Below, piece by piece: positions 33,636 to 42,202 of a DNA stretch of 64,000 bases. Origin of the DNA: Schizochytrium sp. TIO01 (taxonomy: Eukaryota; Protista; Bigyra: Labyrinthulomycetes); assembly GCA_004764695.1 (NCBI GenBank), contig SMSO01000014.1, positions 305,648 through 369,647 on the forward strand. The letters run 5' to 3'. Each line of letters starts with the position of its first letter. Positions within the stretch are counted from its first letter, which is position 1. The position numbers and the translations under genes were made by a program. The notes beneath the pieces were generated by a model. It had not been told where the DNA came from, made no database searches, and saw nothing but the letters and a program-made list of their open reading frames with translations.

Positions 33636-36600
33636 ATGGATACATTCACGCAAACTTTCCTGCAGGACCGAGGCCTTGAGAGCTTTGAGCAAAGACTCGT
33701 GAACCTCGGTGTGAGTTCTGTAGAAGATTTGTCGGCTTTGAAGGAGCAGGATTTTGAAAAGATCGGTATGCTTATTGTGCATATTCGTAAAGTGCAACAG
33801 GGTCTTGCAGAGCTGCGAAGCCCTGGTGGTGGCAGTGTAGGAGAGTATGGCTCGCCAGGTCTCTTCAGGGCTCCGAGCAGCGAGCCGGGTCAGCTTAGAG
33901 CTCGAAAATCCTTGGAAGCATGGGAGATCGCAAGCTCAAACAGTAATGAAACCAAGAAGAAAAACAAAAAGGGCTTTTTGTCAAAATTCTCCTTTAGCAA
34001 AAACAAAAAAGGAAATGAGAAACAAGACTATGAAACATCAAGTGCAGACAGCAGTGAACATACATATAGTCAGACCTCTTTAAGTGAAATGAATCGCAGG
34101 TCCAGTTCTACCACAAGTTTTAGTGGTGCGAGCGCTACAGCAAGTATTTCACCCTCTTATACACCTCCGTCATCTACTCCTGTTGCACCTCCTTCACATA
34201 ACCTGCCACCTGAGCCACCTGCCCCACCTCGTGGCTTAGTGCAAGCAGAGTTCAGTAATATGAGCAATGTGGAGAGCTTCGGAAATTACAACTCGACAAA
34301 CCTGAATTTGGGATATGACCCAAACCGCCGGCCAAGTTCCTCAGCTTCACTAGGACGCCCCAACTCAATAGCAAGTCTCGGGGCGGTCTGTGCTCCTCCC
34401 GGCGATGGTTTCAGCAACAACTCCGGAAGAAGCGCCAGCTTTAACCTTGGTCGTCCTAGTGGCCCTGGTCATGTCAAACATTTAAGTGGAAGTTTCAATC
34501 TTGGTCATGGCAGCACACGTGGTCTTGGTATTGGTGGTGGCTACCAAGGTGGGGGTAGTTTAGATGAAAAACGATATCTTCAAGGAACTGAGTATGCTTT
34601 GAACATCCGCTTAACGCGCGTTCCAATCTGGGACTTTGAACAATCAGGTGAGGCTTCAACAAACGTCCATGCGGTTGTTTCTCTTGGGCGTCATGATCGT
34701 GGACACGTTCATTGGAAACGTATAACAGGCTCTGCATATGGTGCCACGTCGCAAAACTCTACTCAGGGTAGCTCGTACTATACAGGAATCTACTCAGCTA
34801 TGTCTCCGCTGGATCAAAAGACAGAGCTGCAGGTTACTGCTATCAAAGCCACTGCGAATGTCCGAGCTTCAATGCAAGAGGTCATGGGTGTACTGATTAT
34901 GTCAGACACTCAGGCTTTATGTCAGCGTTTGTCCGTGTTGGATGGTACATTTGTTCATGGTCAGGTATTGCGCATTGTTTCTCCGAGGACCTCAGACGGC
35001 AAAGAGGCCGATTATGTTTATCCACTTCTTCCCTTATGCACCATTACTCGAGTTTGCCACCAATTGCCTGACATGAACGCGCCTCGTGACTTCTTGATAC
35101 GCAATCACTATGGGTTTCACGATGACGATGGGAATGTAGTGGGTGTTGTTGCGATGAAGTCTGTGGACATGAATGTTGAAGAGGCTGTAGCGCGACCTGG
35201 GTCTGAGGGAGGTACGACTCCAGTTCGTGGTCACATTTTTGAAGGGTCTGGGTTTGTAGTGACCCCAAAGCATGGTAATACCTGTGAAGTAAATTTCACA
35301 TTAATTGCTACATTATCTCCACGTGATTTGACAAATGCAAAAGCAGGCGGACGGCGCGCTTCAAAGGTCGCTAGTACGGAGCAGCAGCTTGAGGCTGTTG
35401 CGTCAATCGTAGATAGCATTCGTGTTTTTGTAGATCATCAACGCAATCAACGGGGTGATTGGTGTCAAGGCCGCTACCAGCCCGCCCAAACGCAGTCAGA
35501 CGATCCCATATCTAAACAACTACGTAACGCAAATTCCAAGGCCTTGAATCGCCTTGTCTCAGAGGATGAGGCTATCGCTCATGTACCCGAGCTTAGCCCT
35601 CGGAGCCCTGATTCCCCCCGACGACAAATGCTCTCATCATCAGCGTCTTCACAAATGAACATTGACGGCTCTATTTCTTCAAATGATTCAGCTGCGTCTT
35701 CTCCTCCTCTTACACCTCCTCTCACAGATTTAGGAACTCCAATCTCGGAGAGCATCTCTTGGACAAGTCAAGCAAATGTAGAGACTTCATCACCAGATCA
35801 ACCTTCTGCAGACGAACAAGTTCCACAAGGCCTTTCTATAGTACCTCCACCTCAAACAGGAAATCAAAACGGCGTGTTCTTAGATGAGGCCAATGATGAT
35901 GCCGACAAACTTGTTGACAGTGATGACATTAAAATCCTTCAGCAAGAACTCGCTGAGACAAATGCCAAACTGGAAGATGTTGAGGCTAGCACTCGACAGG
36001 ATCTTGAACAAGAACACAAGAACTTTGTTGATGAACTTGGTATCATGGACCAGGGCGATGAAAGTGCACAAGACGAAAACACCATCACCGCTCTTGATCA
36101 TTCTGTAGAAGGTGGCTCACTTCAGGTTGAAACCTCTCGAGCGGAGTATTCCCCTATTGAAGACGAAGAAGAAGATGGTCTTACGTCAGACGAGGCCCCC
36201 CACCATGAAGAGGAGGAACCTAATAGCGCAATTAGCAACGCAAGTAGCGGACGCGCAACTCCACAACCAAATAGTCAGGATGAAGCTTATGAAATTCTTC
36301 GCAAAGAACTTTCAGCTGCGAAGCAGAGATTGAAGGATCTTGAGGAGAGCTCCAAAAAGCAACTGGAGGAGGAGCGGAAAAAGCATCAAGAGATTCTTAA
36401 GGCGCGTGAACGAGAGCAACAATCTGGTAGTGCTCCTTCGACACCTCCAGCAAACGACCTTGCAAGCAACGATGACGCAATTTATGCTGAAATGGAGCGC
36501 CTTCGTGCACGCTTGAAAAAGGTTCGGGAATATCTGCCTGCAAACATCTCCGAAGAAGATCTTGATCTCACTCTGGAAGAAGCTGAGCGACGCATGAAGG

Positions 36601-38240
36601 AGGCTGTGCAAAAAATCATGGGCTCTGAAGACGAAAAAGACCAGTTTGAGGCTCAAAACGTCTTTGAAAAATACGATCAAATTGTGCGGAACCACCCAGA
36701 CTATAAACAGCGTGAGATCGATCGTTGGCGCCAATGGGAGGATGAGCAGAGGCCGAAGAATGAAGCAGCTCTGGAAGAGACCAAGAGAATTATTAAACGT
36801 GAGTACTTCAACATGTCCAAGGAGCAGCTAGTGAATAAGGGTCTCAAGCCGCTTCTTGCAGCTCGGATCCATAGCCAAAAGGTGTTACGTCTCTTGTTTC
36901 TTTCGCCAGAGGAGATCGCGAAGATTCACTACGGTGATTTCACAAATAAATATAACCCCCAAGGTCTTGACATTATTGAACAGCGTGCCCTCTATGCAGC
37001 AAGTCCTGAGGAGTTCGCTAACGACCCCACTGGTGACAAAGCCAAATGGCGAGCAAATATTCGAGAAAAACTTGCAGAGCTTGTTAAAAAAGAGGAAAGC
37101 AAATCTCTGCGCGGAGATGAAGTTCGACACAAAGCATACCGCAATGACCCCCCGCCATCCGCAGGAAGCGGCTCTGGTCCACGAGGAGGACTCGGAGGGG
37201 GTCTGCCTCGAGGTCCAGGGGGGCCAGGGAAACTTGGATCTGGAAATCCAGTCGCAGCTTTGTTTGCCGGACGAGGAGGACCTCCTGGAGGAGGTCCTGG
37301 TGGAACACCGAATCCTGTAGCTACCTTATTCGCTGGCCGTGGTGGCCGGGGTGGTGGCCCTGGGGGTCGCGGTGGAGCTGTTGCAGCACTTTTTGCAGGT
37401 CGTGGTGGAGGCAATGGGTTGCCTCCCCGAGGTCCGCCACCCTCGGCAGGGGATGTGGATGTTCCAGAGCCGAGCAAAATTGCGAATCGCGGAGCTGCCC
37501 TTGCCGCAATGCTTGCAGGGCGAGGTGGAGGAGGGCCACGTGGACCACCTCGACCTTTGCCGAGTACTGCTCAAGAATCAAGTGGCTCAAATACCGAAGC
37601 GAGCTCACAAGATGATGATCTCGCATCTGCACATTCTTCAACAGCTCGGAATTCCAGAGGACCGCTGCAAGTGACAGATGATGATATCAAAAAGTCTTTA
37701 GAACGCTCGTTTTCATCAAAATTAAGCCTTGCTTCGACATCTTCTTCTCAAGATGCGGGAGAAGAAACACCCCGAGATTCATTGCCTCCTTCGCGGCAAG
37801 CTTCGCCACCAGTTCCTTTTCAGAATCTCGCAACTAGTCTATCTAGCTCGCAACAATCTGGCGGGGAATTTGAAACGAAAGAGCCCTCCACTGCAACAAG
37901 CCCAACACTGCCTGTAACCCAAGAAGCGCAACCTGTGAAGGCTCAACCAGATTTATCTGCAACCCCAACTCCTATGGGACCGGACGTTGCTAAAGCCCAA
38001 CCAGCTAAAGACTCAAGCGACGATGAGCTTCGCGCATTTCTCCAGGCTTCGTTTACTGGTGGTGCAACCCAATCTTCGAGACCCTCTTCAGTTTCATCGA
38101 CACGGTCTCCTCTAGCTGCCGCTGCTGCTCCAGCTACTGAGGTTCCACTAAATCCTCCTATTGTCAATGCACCAGGTGCTAGTGCCTCCCAAGAGCCTGC
38201 AGTGTCAGCAGCAGCCCCTGTGGCACCTCAGGCCGCCTGA
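33636..38240 (+). CDS. SAM + START + coiled-coil + unnamed domain + Gly/Pro-rich repeat protein (true end possibly 38325)
   Basis: N-terminal SAM (FLQDRGLESFEQRLVNLGVSSVEDLSALKEQDFEKIGMLIVHIRKV). START-like region (KATANVRASMQEV..APRDFLI..VVAMKSVD..PVRGHIFEGSGFVVTP..CEV). Coiled coils and (NP)VAALFAGRGG repeats. Confidence 0.85.
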   Translation: MDTFTQTFLQDRGLESFEQRLVNLGVSSVEDLSALKEQDFEKIGMLIVHIRKVQQGLAELRSPGGGSVGEYGSPGLFRAPSSEPGQLRARKSLEAWEIASSNSNETKKKNKKGFLSKFSFSKNKKGNEKQDYETSSADSSEHTYSQTSLSEMNRRSSSTTSFSGASATASISPSYTPPSSTPVAPPSHNLPPEPPAPPRGLVQAEFSNMSNVESFGNYNSTNLNLGYDPNRRPSSSASLGRPNSIASLGAVCAPPGDGFSNNSGRSASFNLGRPSGPGHVKHLSGSFNLGHGSTRGLGIGGGYQGGGSLDEKRYLQGTEYALNIRLTRVPIWDFEQSGEASTNVHAVVSLGRHDRGHVHWKRITGSAYGATSQNSTQGSSYYTGIYSAMSPLDQKTELQVTAIKATANVRASMQEVMGVLIMSDTQALCQRLSVLDGTFVHGQVLRIVSPRTSDGKEADYVYPLLPLCTITRVCHQLPDMNAPRDFLIRNHYGFHDDDGNVVGVVAMKSVDMNVEEAVARPGSEGGTTPVRGHIFEGSGFVVTPKHGNTCEVNFTLIATLSPRDLTNAKAGGRRASKVASTEQQLEAVASIVDSIRVFVDHQRNQRGDWCQGRYQPAQTQSDDPISKQLRNANSKALNRLVSEDEAIAHVPELSPRSPDSPRRQMLSSSASSQMNIDGSISSNDSAASSPPLTPPLTDLGTPISESISWTSQANVETSSPDQPSADEQVPQGLSIVPPPQTGNQNGVFLDEANDDADKLVDSDDIKILQQELAETNAKLEDVEASTRQDLEQEHKNFVDELGIMDQGDESAQDENTITALDHSVEGGSLQVETSRAEYSPIEDEEEDGLTSDEAPHHEEEEPNSAISNASSGRATPQPNSQDEAYEILRKELSAAKQRLKDLEESSKKQLEEERKKHQEILKAREREQQSGSAPSTPPANDLASNDDAIYAEMERLRARLKKVREYLPANISEEDLDLTLEEAERRMKEAVQKIMGSEDEKDQFEAQNVFEKYDQIVRNHPDYKQREIDRWRQWEDEQRPKNEAALEETKRIIKREYFNMSKEQLVNKGLKPLLAARIHSQKVLRLLFLSPEEIAKIHYGDFTNKYNPQGLDIIEQRALYAASPEEFANDPTGDKAKWRANIREKLAELVKKEESKSLRGDEVRHKAYRNDPPPSAGSGSGPRGGLGGGLPRGPGGPGKLGSGNPVAALFAGRGGPPGGGPGGTPNPVATLFAGRGGRGGGPGGRGGAVAALFAGRGGGNGLPPRGPPPSAGDVDVPEPSKIANRGAALAAMLAGRGGGGPRGPPRPLPSTAQESSGSNTEASSQDDDLASAHSSTARNSRGPLQVTDDDIKKSLERSFSSKLSLASTSSSQDAGEETPRDSLPPSRQASPPVPFQNLATSLSSSQQSGGEFETKEPSTATSPTLPVTQEAQPVKAQPDLSATPTPMGPDVAKAQPAKDSSDDELRAFLQASFTGGATQSSRPSSVSSTRSPLAAAAAPATEVPLNPPIVNAPGASASQEPAVSAAAPVAPQAA

Positions 38241-38919
38241 AGTACCCGCAGCAGCCAAGAAATCTTCGGAGGATGACTGGATGGCATCTCTGAAAAGCTC
38301 TCTTTCAAATGAATTTTCCATGTAGAAGAAGTTGTGTATACCTTCTAATTGCGTCGCTTCGTATCTTCTTATACAAGGACAAAATAATACACCCATCCTC
38401 ACGTTTTCGAGAAAAAGTTTAATCAAATCTTATTCATTTAGCTCATGGCTTTAAAAGAAATAACCCCCTTCTTTAAAAGTGAGTTTCCGAGTTGGTTCAA
38501 TTTACTGATAAAACATATTTCATAGGTTGGCTTCGAATCCTTTTATTTCATTACAACCTAGGCCTGCTTTGCTTTCTTCCTTTACTTCGTGTTAAGTATG
38601 TAAATGCTAGTCCACCTCATGAGCATATTTTCTTCGTGTTGAGTATGCAAACGAGAGTCCAATTCATGAGCACATTTATTGGGCGCGGAGTCAGAAGTCA
38701 AAACTGACCTGTAGTCTCCCCTTGTGTATATATATAAATAGAAAAGAAAAAGAGAAACAATATGCCAGTGGTGTGCAAGAATCCCATTAGACAGCGACAG
38801 GAAAGCTCAAACTACCGCTCCAATCGATCAGCGCGCAAGGCATACGTGCTGCGTGTGGAGTGCGGATAAGCATAAGTTCTTCAATTTGTAGACTAGGATA
38901 GTTTCTCTAGTGTGGCAAG

Positions 38920-39309
38920 ATGCAGAACCCTGCGGTTGTTTTTGACGCTGAGACAGGCGAGGCAATCCTTCTAGCAGCTGAGCAAAAGCAACGTGAACGA
39001 GACGAGGATCGAGCAAACAAAAATGCTCAACGTGAGGTAAAAGAACGAGCAAATCGTAGGGAGATATTGCTTCGTTTACAACGTCAGCAGCATAATCATA
39101 TTCAGCTTTTAGTTGAGGCAGAAATTGAGGCCGAGAAGCAGCGCCAGGTACAGTGGGAGCTTGAGGCGACCACGCCCAGTGCAAAACGATTTCTTCGCCA
39201 TAAGTTTGACCGTGAGCGTCACCAAGGCCGGGAAGGCATAGAACGTATTCGTCGAGAGCACGAGATCGTTCTGGCATCAAAGATGGCTGAGCTGAGCCTT
39301 TTGAGATGA
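38920..39309 (+). CDS. Small charged coiled-coil protein; may have an upstream exon from 38762
   Basis: 129-aa ORF with natural helical composition (RFLRHKFDRERHQGREGIERIRREHEIVLASKMAELSLLR). An acceptor-like TTTCTCTAG ends at 38910. Confidence 0.6.
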   Translation: MQNPAVVFDAETGEAILLAAEQKQRERDEDRANKNAQREVKERANRREILLRLQRQQHNHIQLLVEAEIEAEKQRQVQWELEATTPSAKRFLRHKFDRERHQGREGIERIRREHEIVLASKMAELSLLR

Positions 39310-40105
39310 TTAAATCACATGTTTTAATTTTACACGCATAACTTTCGAAAAACTTGTAAACTGATTTTTGATTAAAACTTCCACCTCAATTTCCCCTTTT
39401 CTTTAGAAAAGAAACATCAATCGCAATCGTAACATATATTACAAAGAGTTCCTCAATGGGAAGCAAACTCATGATCACCTAACTGAATGTGGTTTCCTAA
39501 ACATGTGTGGACTCTTAAATACATAAACAAAAAACCAGCAGGTGAACAGAGCATCATCACCTGCAGCTTATGCTTTCAGAGCTACATCTTTCAGCACAGA
39601 TCATCATTGATATATATCAAGGTTCCACATCTGCATATCTTCTGAGCTCACTCGAAATGTGCTAAAACTACTATTGATTTACATGTAATTTCAATCATTA
39701 CTTTAAAAGAACTAAGGCTCCCTTCCTTCACCGTGTTCTGTTTCATGCCATTATGCGACATCTTCATACGATCAAGTTCATGACACCTTTGGAATCAGTG
39801 CAATCATCAAATTCCGCGGAGAGCAACCTTAGAGAGTTTTTTCAGTTGTTGACACTTGCATGACAATCTTAGTGATTATACTAAGAGTGACTGTAAGAGA
39901 CTAGAAAGAAAGAAGCTTCGGGAACGCGGGTAAAAGTAATTGAGACCCCGTCGAATCGGAGGAGCTCTTCGCTGTTCTCCGTATGCAGCAACTTTCAAGC
40001 ACCAAACCTCAAACTCCTCTGCTGTTGCGTAAAAGAGCGTATTCTCAGCGCAAAGTTAGTTTTACAGTTGCTCTTTTGACTGTGCAGAGGCAAACGAGAT
40101 TCAAT

Positions 40106-41683
40106 ATGCGTGTAAGATTTCGAGGCGAGATCTTGCACCTCGAGGCCTCGAGCTTAAGCAGCTTGCAAGATGAGCTTGCTGCCAGGACCTCCGTACCGGT
40201 AGAGCACCAGAAGATAGTGGGTAGAAGTGGACGCCTACATAGCGAAGAGCAATTTGTACAACTTGCTGCAGATAGTGAAATTCTCCAACTCTTCGGGAGT
40301 ACGGCGCAGGACCTTGAAGCGATGCACGAGACTAAAGATGCTGCTATTGCATCCGAAGCACGCAGTGTCTGGAACGATCTTGATGTTGATTACGAAGCTC
40401 TCCAATTAGAGCGGGAACATAAAGCTGCTGTTCGCGAAAAAGCCGCGAGACAACTCGCTGCAGAGAAAACAGAGTGGCATTTTCACAGCTACCGAGCACT
40501 ACCTCAATTCCGTGATGCACAACGGGCTATGGAGATCTTGCAAAGACTCGGCACGGACCCTGGTTTTGTGGCAGTGATGCAAAAACACAAATGGAAGGTA
40601 GGAGTCCTAAGCGAAATGTATCCTGATGGTAAAGTGGGCGTTGACCCTGTCTGTGTGTTAGGTGTTAACATAAATAAAGGACAAGAGATTTCCCTCCGCC
40701 TGAGAACTGATGATCTCAAAGGCTTTCGCAAGTATGACGAGATTCGTAAGGTTTTATGTCATGAACTCTCCCATATGGTTCACTCAGAACATGATAAAGA
40801 CTTTTATCAGCTAATGCGACAAATTGAAAAGGAGCAAGTAAATTTAGACTGGCGCAATTCAGGAGGGCACACTTTAGGAGGAGGGCACTACATGAATGCA
40901 GGTGTTGTGGCAAGACCCCCACGAGAAGCGGCGAGTGCTCCAGCCGGCGGGACTTATCGACTTGGTGGAGACACGCCTGGCCAGAATGGTGGAGCAGAGT
41001 CAGCCACGGGAGCAAGGCACTCACCGCGCCTAACTGCAGCTCTTGCAGCAGAGCGAAGAGCTGGTCAAACTAACGAGCTAGGTGCATCCTGCAACTCCTC
41101 CGTGGTAAAAATGACTCTAGATGTCAATAGCAAAATTTCAAAAACACGACAAGCAGATATCGTGACTGCCACCAAGGAATCTGGGGCTAACGCCCGTCTG
41201 TCTCCTTCACTTAATGGGGATTCTGCTGCAGATCCTACAAGCTCTGAAAAGCCCGCAACATCGAAAACAATTACATCTTCTTCTGATCTTATATTTTCCT
41301 GTAACGACGCAAACAATACCATAGATGAACGCACGCAAAGGGAAGTGCAGAACGCAGTTTCCCAAGTTATCGAAAGGAACGAGCCTGACCGTGCACTTCG
41401 TGCATTGCAGCTTCTAGGTAAAGTACTTCGCAACGTTCTTAGTGATCCCTCCAACGTAAAATTTCAGAGGCTTGGTCTCACCAATCCAAAATTTCGGGAG
41501 GCAATAGGTAGTGTACTTGGCGCTCAGAACGTTCTTACAACAGTAGGCTGGAATGTTATTATTGATGAACAAGGGCAAGGCACTCTCGTCTTTCTTAATA
41601 CTGTACCTACCCTTGCGCGTTGTGCTTTTGCACTTAAACAAGTTGAGGAACTGCAAGACTTTGTGTCTGGAATCTCATCATGA
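40106..41683 (+). CDS. Wss1-like WLM metalloprotease with an N-terminal ubiquitin-like domain and a C-terminal PUB domain
   Basis: UBL (MRVRFRGE..LQDELAARTSVPVEHQKIV). WLM (VMQKHKWKVGVLSEMYP..LGVNINKGQEISLRLRTDDLKGFR..VLCHELSHMVHSEHDKDFY, HExxH). PUB (LLGKVLRNVLSDPSNVKFQRLGLTNPKF). The ATG at 40106 is preferred over 39983 because it starts the UBL. Confidence 0.92.
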   Translation: MRVRFRGEILHLEASSLSSLQDELAARTSVPVEHQKIVGRSGRLHSEEQFVQLAADSEILQLFGSTAQDLEAMHETKDAAIASEARSVWNDLDVDYEALQLEREHKAAVREKAARQLAAEKTEWHFHSYRALPQFRDAQRAMEILQRLGTDPGFVAVMQKHKWKVGVLSEMYPDGKVGVDPVCVLGVNINKGQEISLRLRTDDLKGFRKYDEIRKVLCHELSHMVHSEHDKDFYQLMRQIEKEQVNLDWRNSGGHTLGGGHYMNAGVVARPPREAASAPAGGTYRLGGDTPGQNGGAESATGARHSPRLTAALAAERRAGQTNELGASCNSSVVKMTLDVNSKISKTRQADIVTATKESGANARLSPSLNGDSAADPTSSEKPATSKTITSSSDLIFSCNDANNTIDERTQREVQNAVSQVIERNEPDRALRALQLLGKVLRNVLSDPSNVKFQRLGLTNPKFREAIGSVLGAQNVLTTVGWNVIIDEQGQGTLVFLNTVPTLARCAFALKQVEELQDFVSGISS

Positions 41684-42202
41684 CTTATGTAATAGTAAAT
41701 GTATACTTGTCTCTGTTCGGGCAAAGACAATGGCTGCAGAAAAACTTGGTTGTTTGTTGCTAGTTACAAATCTATTAAAGGTTGGATTCATTTTCAAGTT
41801 ATATTTATATATCGAACTATATGAGATAATGTGTAATCAATCATTTATTCATTTAGCACACGCGTAGCACGGTCAGAATTTTATTTTGGTATTTCGACTT
41901 GCTATTCTTGCTTCTGGAATTCAAAGTTCGTTTAAAAACGAAAGCAAGGTGAAAGCAGAAATTCAATTTTGTTCTCGTCCAGGGAACTCAGCAGTCACGT
42001 CTAAATGTAGTGATCTTACCTGGCCTAGACAATTCATCCTTTCGGTGCAGACATGTTATCAGTTCGGATCCTTGTTAATTAAACTGGAGTGCGTCGAAAG
42101 AGAGCTATTCACGAAAAACAAAAACAAAAAACACAACAGACGAGGGAAATATACATTCTGACGCAGGCATGATATCTAAGCCACGCTGATTAATAAGTCC
42201 AC

